Shown: in pieces, positions 1 to 12,209 of the stretch
Layout of the letters: every line of letters starts with the position of its first letter
Numbering within the stretch: position 1 is the first letter of the stretch
DNA from: Heterodontus francisci
Lineage: Eukaryota
Direction of reading: 5' to 3'
Assembly: GCF_036365525.1 (NCBI RefSeq)
Contig: NC_090375.1
Coordinates: 31,739,282-31,803,281, forward strand
Length of the DNA: 64,000 nucleotides
Made by a program: the position numbers and the translations under genes
The notes under the pieces: generated by a model
The model's database searches: none
Told to the model about the DNA's origin: nothing
The model's input: the letters and a program-made list of their open reading frames with translations, nothing else

Positions 1-89
1 TCACCTTCTCTAATCTGAATTGCTGAAACAGCGTGTGGCCTGTGCGCCATTGGGAAAGAGTCATTACATGCATAAACAGGGGTCCATTT

Positions 90-497
90 AAAAGACTTGC
101 ATGAATATAGCACCTTTCACAACCTCAGGATTTTCCAAAGTACTTAACAGTCAATGAAGTACTTTCGAAATGCAGGAAACAGAGCAGCCAATTTGCACGC
201 AGCAAGATCCCACAGACAACAACGTCATAATGACTAGATAACCTGTTTTTTAGCGTTATTGGTTGAGGAATAAATGTGGGCCAGGACACCAGAGAGAACT
301 CTCCTGCTCTTCTTCAAATACTGCCACGGAATCTGTTATGACCTGAGAGGGCAGACAGGGCCTCGGTTTACTGTCTCATCCAAAAGATGGTACCTCTGAC
401 AGTGCAGCACTGTCACAGTACTGCAGTGGAGTGGTAGCCCAGATTATGTGCTTAACTCCTGCATTGTGGTTTGAATCCACAGCTTTCTGACTGAAAG
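90..497 (-). mobile_element. DeuSINE (SacSINE1/AmnSINE1-like) copy
   Basis: Reverse complement of the Deu-like core (GAAGAAGAGCAGGAGAGTTCTCTCTGGTGTCCTGGCCCACATTTATTCCTCAACCAA); homologous to 38390-38825, 41455-41835 and 11864-12209. Confidence 0.75.
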
Positions 498-944
498 TTA
501 TGTTTTGCGTTGTTTCACATTTACATTTGCATCAATAGCTGTCAGAGGAAATCTTTTCCATGTAATAAAGCCCACTTAGCAATATGTTCCGTTAAGATAC
601 CGGAACGCTGTCCCTTGACTTCTCTCACTGACTAGAATTTATGGATTCCTGCCAGAAAACAGTAAAATTAGGTATCATAGCGAAACAGGATTAAGGGTCA
701 GAAATGACAGTAGGATTTAGAATTATTGTGTACTGGAAATGCTGCTTTTGAGAGCATCATCCCCAGCATTTGTAACAGATCAGGAGAACAGGTCACAGTG
801 AAGATATACCAGTCAAAACAAATCTAAAGCAGGCATGAGTAAGGGTTCTGTCTAATCTTTGGAAGAGAATAACCTCTGAGAATAAAAGTTACCAGAAAAC
901 CTTTCCACTGACTGTTAAGCCGCTAAACAAAAAATGTTTCAAAA

Positions 945-1068
945 ATAAAGTACTGGAAATCGGAATTACAAGCGGAAAGTGCTGGAAGCACTCAGCAGCT
1001 CAGGATGAATGTGTGCGGAGAGGAAGACAGGGTTAACGGTTTAGGTTTCATAACCCTTCATCAGCACC
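945..1068 (-). mobile_element. Degenerate Penelope-like terminal fragment with decayed hammerhead core
   Basis: Similar to the left arm of 10380-10609 and 31155-31385; the minus strand reads CTGATGAAGGGTTATGAAACCTAAACCGTTAAC. Confidence 0.55.
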
Positions 1069-1279
1069 CAAAAAATGTTTCAAGTTACATTTCTGGAAGC
1101 AACCAAGTCATTAAAAGGTCAAATCAAGAAGCTATCTTCACAGTTCAAAACAAAACAAAAACATATCCAGTGACAATATAACCATTATCTAATTTGCACC
1201 CAATGAATGAATTCTCCCTTTTTCTTTGTCTGGAAAGTGGCTGGTAATGGATCAGCTGCCTGTTTTACGTTCCTCCTGA

Positions 1280-1455
1280 TTTTCCCACTGCCTCTCTACC
1301 TCTCTTTCCTCCTTTAAAACCTACCACTTTGACCAAAGTTTTGGTTGTCTGTTCCAATATTTTCATGTGTGTTTCAGTGTCAAATTTTGTTTGATAATGA
1401 TCCTGTGAAGTTCCTTAAGAGATTTTACTCTGTATAAATATAAGTTATTGTTGAT
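1280..1455 (+). mobile_element. Old L2-type LINE 3' tail fragment
   Basis: CCTTTAAAACCTACCACTTTGACCAAAG...CTGTGAAG...TATAAATATAAGTTATTGTTG resembles L2 3' ends. Confidence 0.4.
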
Positions 1456-1995
1456 GTAGTTGTTGAAATTTGGTCAGATGTAAAAAGGGCAGCCAATCCT
1501 TCCGGTTTTTGCATCCAGCAGTAAAAGAGAAAATTCACCTCGATATGACCCAAAACAGATATAAATCCTTTTTGCGTGATTAGGCATCTGCACCACTTTT
1601 CTTCTTTCCTTTCCTGAAGCTGCTGGCTTTTGCCGGAATATGAATTGTATTGGTGCTGACAGCTCTCTGGCACTTCACCTAAGAAGGCATTCTTTCTCTT
1701 TAATCCCCACATAGCCAGCAACTAAAGAGGGCACCAGAGCCAAGTCCAACCATGACCTCACTTCACATTGGCCAATGCCCACTGTTTAGCAGCGGCCATT
1801 GGATAGCATTTAGAAACACAGATGTCTTTTGATTTTCCTCCCTCCACTGCCCAGGATTACAGGAACCATCTGAAATTAGCTGACCATAGACTGATCACGG
1901 ATCAAGATTCAAATTCGGAACTTTCTTGTCCCAGTTCCACATCACGTAACATAGTTCGCTACTAAGACGCTCGGACCAAATTGGAACTCTGGAAT

Positions 1996-2334
1996 TAAAG
2001 GCCTGCTCGGGTCTGCAATTGAAACCTGACCCAAGCCCAACAGAACCACATCCGACCCGAGTCCGACCCGGTCCGAGTTCTTTGATTTTTTTTTCCCGCA
2101 CCCAACCCGACCCGACCACCGGAATGATGTTGATTATATTAAAGAGGTTGTGCTCTATCTTGGATGGAATCGCTCACTGCAGACTAGTGCGAAGTCTGGA
2201 TGCACGTTTCCCGCCTAGAGGTCCTGGCTGTCACTGTGTCCGACTCGGCCCGACCCGACTGGAACCCAGAAGAGCGACCCGACCCAACATGAACCCGACA
2301 CGTTGTCGGGTTCGGGTCGGGTAGCCATGCTGTA
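1996..2334. mobile_element. Non-autonomous hAT-type MITE
   Basis: Perfect 8-bp TSD TCTGGAAT (1988-1995 and 2335-2342), imperfect TA.AG termini, many subterminal CCCGA/TCGGG motifs, CpG-rich relative to flanks. Confidence 0.8.
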
Positions 2335-3194
2335 TCTGGAATGGTTAAAAATCCCCACTGAAAAAGCAATGAGAACTCCTTAGAAGAGAGAGTTAAGAGC
2401 AATTCTAAAATCCTGACTCTTCCTCCTAACCTTCATTTGTGGAGTGATTGATATTGTGGTTTGGAATAAGACTACAGGACACTACATTGTAAACATGGTT
2501 TCACTCCATCAAGCCAACTTGGAGCTGTTGGCAAGATATATCTCTCCATTATTGGTTCCACACGTCTTTATCTACTGTGGTATTGTATGGGGTCCAGAAA
2601 AAGGAACTTCAAAAAACAACAAAGAACTTTCTGGAAACCCACAATAACTATTATAAAATCCTATTACTCATTCCAGTCACGACAGTTTTATCCAGAATTG
2701 TATGGAGGATAACTGTTATGTATTACTCCTTGTTCATAGCAGTGTGCAATATTCATGTTCTTTAAAAATGACTGGGGCAGTGTTTCCTGGAAGTGCTGCT
2801 ATAGCTGATGAGATAATAGGGCTCCAGACACGCATAGAAGAAAATGTCTAACTTTTTGGAACATTTAATAAGAGCAGTGAAAATAAATAGATGTATTTAC
2901 TGCCGAGCTGGCATTTCTCTTCATTCACCCTCAACTGGTGCCAAAATAAATGTCTGCTAGTGTTTAAAGTATTTGTCGGTGCACAGTTCTTGGCCATGAG
3001 AAATATTGCTTCATGCACATCAGTGGCAAATACTTCATCAAGCAGTTTGAGAAAGAAATAAAAACACTTGACCAGTGCTGAAATGTAGTTTAGTACTACC
3101 TCAGCTAATAATATACTGTCGCGTATTCAACTCAGTCAAACAGACAAGATAAGTGCCCTCACTCACCTGTCCTGAGATAGCCACATTTCAACAG

Positions 3195-3369
3195 GGGTCA
3201 TTTTGACTTCAGGTGATGGTTTAAAATAGGTGATATTTTATCAGCCGCAACCTATACATCTCTCCCAATTATTATTTCCATTAACTTTAACAGAAACAAA
3301 AATTCGGAGCGATGCACAACAGTGTCTGATCTGATATCACCAACTTTACACGAACGGTCTAAATTACCC
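3195..3369. mobile_element. Ancient palindromic MITE
   Basis: Termini GGGTCATTTTGAC ... GTCTAAATTACCC; similar ends at about 9083-9372, 30690-30765, 53863-53912 and 58818. Confidence 0.45.
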
Positions 3370-3744
3370 AGCAATGCCTTTTGTCAAAGTAAACCAGAGT
3401 CCTTGCTCCTGACCATGAACCAGTGACACCTCCCTGCCAGAAAGCATGTATTAGTGCGGATGTTAGGTTAGGAATGACCCAAGCTTTGTTGTAATGCTTC
3501 AATTCCCATTGCCTGCTGACAACCTGTGTAGATTCACATATAAAGGTGACCACTTGGGTGAGATATTGGATGTGTGCCATCGGTGAAATTGCAATCCAGA
3601 GTCACGACCTTCAGTGAGACATTTCCCCTGTTTGATACTTGTTTTGCAATTGTAAACATGAGTCTGTTTTAACTGGTGAATTTACTCAAAGTTTATTGTT
3701 TGCCAAATGGGCTAGTCATGCTCCGCCTGCAATAGCCTTCCTTT

Positions 3745-4043
3745 TTCATTCATTCACGGGATGTGGGTGTCGCTGGCCAGGCCAGCATTTATTATCCATC
3801 CCTAATTGGCCTTGAAAAGGTGGTGGTGAGCTGCATTCTTGAACCGCTGCAGTCCATGTGGAGTAGGGACACTCACAGTGCTGTTAGGAAGGGAGTTCCA
3901 GGGTTTTGACCCAGTGATAGTGAAGGAACGGTGATATAGTTCCAAGTTAGGATGGTGTGTGGCTTGGAGGGGAACTTGCAGGTGGTGGTGTTCCCATACA
4001 TTTGCTGCCCTGGTCCTTATAGTTGGTGGAGGTCGCGGGTTTG
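3745..4043 (-). mobile_element. CR1-group LINE 'family B' 3' end, left part (split by the CR1 at 4044-8094)
   Basis: Matches 21555-21850 and 61720-62015; continues colinearly at 8095. Confidence 0.85.
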
Positions 4044-4333
4044 TTTTGTTTGCATTGGAGTGCTGACTTGGGTTGCATTAGAGCGTTAAAGTGTAGGTTT
4101 GGTGACTGAGGAAGTTCGGTGAGGAGGGAGCGAGGAGCTCCTTTCATTTCATACCTGTCCTCAGAGTGAGGGGAGCTGAGAGCTTCCAAAGAGCACAGCT
4201 GACTGGTGAGTAAGTCCTGGTGGGTATTTTTCAAAGTGGATTGAATTGGAAGTCATTGTTTTAGCAAGACTTAGTTGATTTATTTTTTTTATTATAATAG
4301 TCTTCTAAAGTTTTAAATTTAAAGGGTTTAGTC

Positions 4334-5249
4334 ATGGCAGGAGAGCTTGAAGCCGTGGTTTGCTCCTCTTGCTGAATGTGAGAATCCGGGAACATTTCCA
4401 GTCCCCGGGACCAGCATGTGTACAGGAAGTGTGTCCAGCTGCAGCTCCTGGAAGCTCGGGTTTCACAGCTGGAACGGCGGCTGGAAACACTGTGGAGCAT
4501 CCGTGAGTCTGAGAGCATTGTGGATAGCACGTATAGAGAGCTGGTCACACCGCAGCTGAAGGGACTTGAGGAAGGAAGGGAATGGGTGACCACCAGGCAG
4601 TCCAAGAGAATCAGGCAGGTAGTTCAGGAGTCCCCTGGAGTCCTGCTTGCAAATTCCATTTTGGAGGCTGATGAGGCTGGATCCTCCAGGGAGTGGCACC
4701 GCAAGCAGCCTGTCTGCACAGGAAGGGGGAAAGAGAGGAAGTGCAATAGTAATAGGGGATTCTATGGTTAGGGGAACAGATAGGCGCTACAGTGGCCGTC
4801 AACGTGACTCCAGGATGGTGTGTTGCTTCCCTGGTGCCAGGGTCCGGGATGTCATTGAACGGCTGCAGGGCATCCTGAAGGGGGAGGGTGATGAGGCAGA
4901 GGTCATGGTACATGTTGGTACCAGTGATATAGGTAGAAAGCGTGATGAGGTCTTGCATCAAGAATTCAGGGAGTTAGGCAGTAGACTAAAAAGCAGGACC
5001 TCTCGGGTTGTAATCTCTGGATTACTCCCAGTGCCACGTGCTAGCGAGTACAGAAATAGGAGAATAGCACAGATGAATGTGTGGCTTAAGAGTTGGTGCA
5101 AGAGGGAGGGTTTTAGATTCCTGGACCACTGGGACCGTTTCTGGGGAAAGTGGCACCTGTACAAGTGGGACAGTCTACATCTGAACCAGAGGGGGCCTAA
5201 CATCCTGGCTGGCGGATTTGCTAGTGCTGTTGGGAGGAGTTTAAACTAA
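4334..5249 (+). pseudogene. CR1 ORF1p: N-terminal Cys/zinc-finger region, coiled coil and SGNH esterase domain
   Basis: MAGELEAVVCSSC*..., QLLEARVSQLERRLETL; SGNH blocks GDSMVRG, PGARVRDV, HVGTSD, DSLHLN; in-frame stops and a frameshift near 4650. Confidence 0.9.
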
Positions 5250-5266
5250 TTTGGCAGGGGGAGGGG

Positions 5267-8003
5267 TTGCAGACTCCTAGCAGAATAGGGACACAGCTAA
5301 ACACAGGAAAGCGAACAAGTCAGAGGGAATACAGCGGAAGTAAGTTTAAAGGGAGTAAGACCAGAATGGAAGGCCTCTACTTTAATGCCAGGAGTATTGC
5401 AGGTAAAACGGATGAGTTAAGGGCAATGATTGACACGTGGAATTGTGATATAGCAGCCATCACGAAGACATGGCTGAGGGATGGGCTGGATTTGCAGCTC
5501 ATTATCCCGGGATATAGAATCTTCAGGCGAGACAGAGGAGGGGGTAAAAGAGGAGGGGGCATTGCAATATTAGTTAACGAGTCAGTTACTGCAGTAAGGA
5601 GAGATGATTTCTTGGAGGGGGCATCAAATGAACTTTGTGGGTAGAGTTTAGGAATAAAAAAGGGACAGCCACATTGCTAGGTGTTTATTATAGACCCCCA
5701 GATTGTCAGCGGGAAATTGAGGAGCAAACAAGGGAGGGTGCAGTGCTGGACCTAATTCTGGGGAATGAGGCCGGACAGGTGATTGATGTGTTGGTGGGGG
5801 TGCATTTTGGTGATAGCGACCACAACATGGTACAATTTAAGCTTGTTATGGAGAAAGAAATAGACAAGTTGCAAAAAAAGGTTTTGGATTGGGGGAGAGC
5901 GAATTTTAGTAAAATAAGGCAGGATCTGGCCAAGGTAGACTGGAAAGAGTTACTTGTCAGGAAATCTACAGAAGAGCAGTGGGGGGCATTCAAAAAGGAA
6001 ATGGGGAGGGTACAGGCCCAACATGTTCCCTCGAGGGTAATAGGTAAGAACAACAAGCCCAGAGGACCATGGATGACCAGAAACATTCAGGGTTCGATGA
6101 GAAGGAAAAGAGAGGCTTTTAGCAAATACAAGGAGAGCAAATCAATGGAAGCATTAGTGGAGTACAGAAAGTGTAGGATGGAGCTTAAGAAAGCAATTAG
6201 GAGAGCAAAGAGGGGATATGAGAAACCTCTGGCTGGTAAAAGTAGGGAAAATCCCAAGATATTCTATAAGTATATCAATGGGAAGAGGATAACCAGGGAA
6301 AGAGTAGGACCCATTAGGGACCAAGGGGGAAATTTGTGGGTGGAGCCAGAGGGGATTGGTAGGGTGTTGAACAAATACTTCACATCTGTCTTCACCCAAG
6401 AGAAAGAGGATGTAGATATGGAACTTAGAGAGAGAGACTGTGAGGTTCTTGAGCAAATTGTCATCGGGAGTGACAAGGTATTGGAGGTTTTGGAAGGCTT
6501 AAAAGCGGACAAATCTCCAGGTCCGCACAATTTGTGTTCCAGGATGCCGTGGGAGGCAAGGGTGGAGATTGCAGGGGCTCTGACCCTAATTTTTAATTCC
6601 TCTCCGGCCACGGGGGAGGTGCCAGAGGACTGGAGAACAGCGAATGTGGTCCCACTATTTAAGAAAGGTTGTAGAGATAAGCCAGGGAACTACAGACCAG
6701 TGAGTCTCATGTCAGTGGTCGGGAAACTATTGGAGAAAATTCTGAAGGTGAGAATCTATCTCCACTTGGAGAGGCAAAATTTGATTCGGAATAGTCAGCA
6801 TGGCTTTGCCAGAGGGAGGTCATGCCTAACAAATTTGATTGACTTTTTTGAGCATGTGACCAGGTGTGTAGATGAGGGTAGTGCAGTTGATGTAGTTTAC
6901 ATGGATTTCAGCAAAGCCTTTGACAAGGTCCCACATGGGAGACTTATCAAGAAAGCAAATGCACATGGGATACAAGGTAACTTGATAAGGTGGATTCAAA
7001 ATTGGCTTAGCTGTAGGAGACAGAGAGTGATGACAGACAGCTGTTTTAGTGACTGGAAGCCAGTGTCCAGTGGCGTACCACAAGGATCTGTGCTGGGTCT
7101 CCTATTGTTTGTCATTTATATAAACGACATAGATGACTATGTGGGGGGTAGGATCAGTAAGTTCGCGGATGACACAAAGATTGGCCGAGTGTTTAACAGT
7201 GAGGTGGAGTGTCTTAGGTTACAGGAAGATATAGACGGGATGGCCAAATGGGCAGAAAAGTGACAGATGGAATTTAACGCTGAAAAGTGTGAGGTGATGC
7301 ACTTTGGAAGGAGTAATGTGACACAGAAGTATTCAATGAAGGGCCTGACACTGGGAAGTTCCGAGGAACAAAGGGACCTTGGCGTGTTTGTCCACAGATC
7401 TCTGAAGGCAGAAGGGCAGGTTAATAGGGTGGTGAAAAAGGCATATGGGACACTTGCCTTTATCAATTGAGGCATAGATTACAAAAGCAGGGAGGTCATG
7501 TTGGAGTTGTACAGAACTTTGGTAAGGCCACAGCTGGAGTACTGTGTGCAATTCTGGTCGCCACATTTTAGGAAGGATGTGATTGCATTGGAGGGGGTGC
7601 AGAGGCGATTCACCAGGATGTTGCCTGGGATGGAACATTTAAGCTATGAAGAGAGGTTGGATAGGCTTAGGTTGTTTTCACTGGAGCAGAGAAGACTGAG
7701 GGGTGACCTGAACGAGGTGTACAAGATTATGAGGGGCATGGACAGGGTGGACAGGGTGGATAGGGAGCAGCTGTTCCCCTTAGTTGAAGGGTCAGTTACG
7801 AGGGGTCACAAGTTTAAGGTGAGGGGCGGGAGGTTTAAGGGGGATTTGAGAAAGAACTTTTTTACCCAGAGGGTGGTGACGGTCTGGAATGCCCTGCCTG
7901 GGAGGGTGGTCGATGCAGGTTGCCTCACATCCTTTAAAAAGTACCTGGATGAGCACTTGGCACGTCATAACATTCAAGGCTATGGGCCAAGTGTTGGCAA
8001 ATG
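5267..8003 (+). pseudogene. CR1 ORF2p (AP endonuclease + reverse transcriptase)
   Basis: YFNARSI, GVYYRPP, LDLIL, SDHN; RT motifs NYRPVSL, QHGF, YMDFSKAFDKVPH, GVPQGSVLG, KFADDTK; frameshift near 5640, stops at 7261 and 7468, internal APE deletion. Confidence 0.95.
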
Positions 8004-8094
8004 GGATCAGGTGGACAGGTCAGGTGTTTTAATGCATTGGTGCAGACTCGATGGGCCAAAGGGCCTCTTCTGCACTGTATTATTCGGTGATTCT

Positions 8095-8250
8095 GTTTGG
8101 AAGGTGCTGTCTAAGGAGCCTTGGTGCGTTTCTGCAGTGCATCTTGTAGATGGTACACACTGCCGCCACTGTGCATCGGTGGTGGAGGGAGTGAATGTTT
8201 GTGGATGTGGTACCAATCAAGTGGGTTGCTTTGTCCTGGATGGTGTCAAA
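8095..8250 (-). mobile_element. Family-B LINE continuation
   Basis: GGAAGGTGCTGTCTAAGGAGCCTTGGTG... is colinear with 62013-62160. Confidence 0.8.
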
Positions 8251-8504
8251 AGGAAAAAGGCAGTTGCAAATATAGTTTGCTAGGCAAACCTTAGCCATAA
8301 GAAGTGAGAAAGGACAACAACTGAAATTGTGCTAGTGATGCAAGCAATAACCCTGGTAAGGCACGCCTTTGTTGAATTACTAATTCATCTGTTGCATATT
8401 TTCAAAAGAAAGGCAGAATCAGATCAAGGATACTCACTAGTTACATTCGAGTTTAATCTGATAAAGCATCTCCATGTTATTGAGGTAGTAAGTTAGAACA
8501 GACA

Positions 8505-8950
8505 TAAGAACATGAGAATGTAAAAAATAGGAGCTGGAGTCGATTATTTGGTCCTTTAAGCCTGCTCCACATTCAACAAGATCATGGCTGATCCTCTACC
8601 TCAATTCCACCTTCCTGCACTATTCCCAAATCCCTTAATTCCCTGGTACCCAAAAATCTATCAACCTCTGTCTTGAATATACTTACGACTGAGTATCACA
8701 GCTCTCTGGGGTGGAGAATTCCAAAGATTCACAACACTCTGAGTGAAGAAATTTCTCCTCCTCTCAGTCCTAAATAGCTGACCCCTTATTCCAGATTTTC
8801 CAGGCAGAGGAAATTCTCTCAGCATCTACCCTTAAGAATTTATATGTTTCAATTAGATCACCTCTCATTCTTTTGAACTTCAGGGAATATAGGCCTAACC
8901 TATACAATCTCTCCGCATAGGACAATCCCCTCATCCCAGAATCCAGTCTC
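8505..8950 (-). mobile_element. CR1 3' fragment
   Basis: GLSYAERLYRLGLYSLKFKRMRGDLIETYK plus 3' UTR. Confidence 0.85.
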
Positions 8951-10379
8951 ATTAATAATGATGGAAGACAAATCTATAACAGCTCAAGTGAAAAGAAAAA
9001 TTTAGAAGAGACAGTTCTCTCAGAGAACCAACTCAGGCAGGATGGGCCAAATGGTCTTCTTTGGTAATGGTAATCTTCTACAAGGGTAAAATTCAACTTC
9101 AGCAGGGTCCGTTAATTGGTGGTAGATCAGTATGGGTCTTCTTTTTGATTAATGAGGCAATTTATTAAGAGAGGAAAAGGAATGCTGCATACACAATCCT
9201 TTATATTTCCCTATGTTTCCTTCATCCTAAAATCATCAAAGTGAGATTATGAATTGTTGCAAGACAGAATTTTCTTTTTGAGGATTACTGTAAAAATTGG
9301 ACAGGGTGTAAACCATGCAGCTGCTCTGATTCAGTCAGTTTCCCGCCAGGCAGGTAGGTTAAAATTTTACCAGAGTCCGAATTGCTCAGTGCAATGAGCC
9401 AGGTGACGTACAATGATCGAACTGCATTTAAAAACAAAGTTGTGACTTTCTTGGCATTGTGACTATGTTACTGGAAAATTATGGTAATTTGTAGACTTCA
9501 CAAGCTGTCAAGACCTTTATTGCTTCATATCCCTCAGACAAATGGACTGTATCAGCACAGTAAAAGAAGAGTATTTTGCATTTAACTGCTTGACCTGAAA
9601 AATGGTTAAGGTACATCACATAATATATAAATGTGAGACGACATTTAAGGAGCGTGAATAAAGAACCCATTTTTTATATTCAATCTCAGCCATGAATAAA
9701 GTGGATAAATTATGTAAGAATAATGTCAATACAACTCCCCTCCCCCACCTCCCAGCCAATAACTGTCATGCTGTGGGTCATGGCTCTCTATAATTTATGT
9801 CAAACATAATATATGCAATTCATTTGCATACGACCTACTCTTTTTGATCCACTATGGGGGCGACTAAGTGCAACCCCAGAGAGCTATCAGAACGAGCAGA
9901 TGTTATCAGCCTATGAAAGAAACGTGATGGATTAATACACACCACAGCGAAACCATCAGACCAGCCCTTTGCCTTCATTTGGAATGCCTCTCTGCTCTTA
10001 ACATCCCTTGTATCAGTAATTAGCAGTGGCAGCATTTCATTTATCCATCAGCTTCCTGATGTGGCACTTTCTACTGTACCGCAGACAATAGACAATTATT
10101 TCGTGAAATCTCTGGTTAAGTCCACCAATTCATTAGTGGGAGTGCTGTTAAGACCACAGGTGGCAAAACTGTATTGGCATTTTCACTGATGGCCTACTAT
10201 CTACTATTACCTTTCTTAATGACATGTTACAGCAGAAAAGGTGCAGCAGTGTCAATATTAATGGCATCAGATAAACCTGGTGCCGAACAGCCAATGACTT
10301 GACAATTGGGTTATGGATTTGCACACTGAAAAAGCCCACTTGTAGCTGCAATGGCCTCTTTAAAGTTGTTTTAATAAAC

Positions 10380-10609
10380 CTCAAAATACAAGAAATGCTG
10401 GAATCACTCAGCAGGTCTGGCAGCATCTGTGGAAAGAGAAGCAGAGTTAACGTTTCGGGTCAGTGACCCTTCTTCGGACCCGAAACGTTAACTCTGCTTC
10501 TCTTTCCACAGATGCTGCCAGACCTGCTGAGTGATTCCAGCATTTCTTGTTTTTGTTTCAGATTTCCAGCATCTGCAGTATTTTGCTTTTACTCAAAATA
10601 CAAGAAATG
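10380..10609. mobile_element. Palindromic Penelope-like short element with hammerhead-type core
   Basis: About 75-bp perfect inverted arms around 10462-10476; flanking 18-bp direct repeat CTCAAAATACAAGAAATG (10380-10397, 10592-10609); minus strand 10452-10477 reads CCGAAGA-A-GGGTC-ACT-GACCC-GAAAC. Confidence 0.75.
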
Positions 10610-10956
10610 GACTTGCATTAGCCAGTACAGAAATTATCTTTAGATTGAAAAAGTAACATTCATGCCTTATATGGAAGAAATAGCCTTCACCCTACATCAG
10701 CTTTGTACATTCAGTCGTGCCTGATGTCAGTTTAAAAATGTCTGCTAAAAGTATGGACATTTCATTTTTAGGTACATTTATGGCTCCCAGTAAGATAATT
10801 AAATATTTGCACATGGATCGCAAGTCAGAAATATCTGTGCTCATTTTTGTCATGCATCGTAGGATATGTTGGAAAGGTAATGACTTACACAAAAATGCAC
10901 TAAAAAGCAAACAGGATGTGAAGGTAGGAAAAAAACTTGTGCATTTGTATTTAAGG

Positions 10957-11016
10957 TGTTAGCCTTGGCTCAGTTCGTAGCACACTTGCCTCTGAGTTGG
11001 AGGTTCATGGGTTTCA
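10957..11016 (+). mobile_element. DeuSINE 5' tRNA-like head (split by CR1)
   Basis: TGTTAGCCTTGGCTCAGT...CACTTGCCTCTGAGT matches the head at 41451-41510; the body resumes at about 11864. Confidence 0.7.
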
Positions 11017-11863
11017 GGATGAGGCTAAGTGAATGGGCAAAAACATGGCAGATGGACTATAATGTGAATAAGTATAAAGTGATTCACTTTGGTAGAAAAA
11101 ACATAAAGGAAGTGTATTTCTTAAATGGTGAGAGGTTGGGGAGTGTTGATCTCCAAAGGGACCTAGGTGCCCTTGTTTATAAGCTAGTTTGTGGCTGCAG
11201 CAAGCAATTAGGAAGGCAAATGGTATGTTGGCCTTCATTGCAAGGGGGTTTGAGTACAGAAGTAAAGATGTCTTGCTGCAATTGTATAAAGCCTTGGTGA
11301 GACGGCACCTGGAGTATTGTGTATAGTTTTGGTCTCCTTATCTAAGGAAGGATATACTTGCCATAAAGCGAGTGCAACGGAGGTTCACCAGTCTAATCCG
11401 TGGGATGGCAGGATTGTCTGATGTCGAGAGATTGCAGAAACTGGGCGTGTATTCTCTAGAGTTTCAAAGAGTGAGAGGCGATCTCATTAAAACTTAGAAA
11501 ATTCTTACAGGACGTGACAGAGTAGATGTGGATAGGATGCCTCCTCTGGCTGGTGAGTCTAGAACCAGGGGACACAGTCTCAGAATAAAGGGGCAGGCTA
11601 TTGAAGATTGAGATGAGGAGGAATTTCTTCACTCAGAGGGTGGTGAGTCTGTGAAATTCTCTGCCCCAGAGGGCTGTGGAAGCTCAATCATTGAGCACGA
11701 TCAAGACAGAAATCAATAGATTTCTGAATACCAATGACATAAAGGGAAATGGGGATAGTGGAGAAAAATGGCGTAGAGGTAGATGATCAGCCATGAACTG
11801 TTTGAACAGCGCAGCAGGCTCAACAGGCCGAATGGCCTACTCCTGCTCCTATTTCCTATGATC
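11017..11863 (+). mobile_element. 5'-truncated CR1 fragment inserted in a DeuSINE
   Basis: RLSEWAKTWQMDYNVNKYKVIHFGRKN...; CR1 3' UTR with CCTAT-like tail. Confidence 0.85.
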
Positions 11864-12209
11864 CTAAGCCCCTCTCCAGAGACTTGAGTACTCAATTCAG
11901 GCTGACGCTCCAGTGCAATACCAAGGGAGCATTGTGTTGTCAGAGGCACCAAGTTAAGTCAAGGTGATGTTTGCCCTCTTGGGTGGATGTAAAAAGTCCT
12001 AAGGTGCTATTGGAAAAAGGGCAGCAGAGTTTTTTCATTGTCTTGGCCAATATTTATTCTTCAACCAACAACACTGCAAAATAATTCTGTTGGCTCTCGC
12101 AATGATGTTTGTGGGACTTTGCCGTGCGTAAATTGGTTGCCACATTACCCTAACAAAAGTGAGCCTAAAGCATTTTGAGATACCCTGAAGATGTGAAAAG
12201 GCACAGAGT
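11864..12209 (+). mobile_element. DeuSINE body; its extreme tail resumes at 15192-15218
   Basis: GTCTTGGCCAATATTTATTCTTCAACCAAC core; GTGAAAAGGCAC...|...AAGTGCAAGTCATTTCTTTC. Confidence 0.7.

Larger units (their letters stand above)
4044..8094 (+). mobile_element. Near full-length CR1 LINE (HER1-like), disrupted
   Basis: 5' UTR, ORF1, ORF2 (APE + RT) and CR1 3' UTR; flanked by GTTTG (4039-4043, 8095-8099) inside a family-B LINE. Confidence 0.95.

Noticed and set aside
4647-8283. Esterase next to reverse transcriptase as a novel RT-effector (retron-like) system
   Set aside because: This is the established ORF1-esterase/ORF2 layout of CR1 LINEs
10386-10552. Pre-miRNA or DNA-transposon MITE reading of the hairpin
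   Set aside because: The asymmetric extra tail, long TSD, one-armed copies and hammerhead-type core fit a Penelope-like retroelement end better
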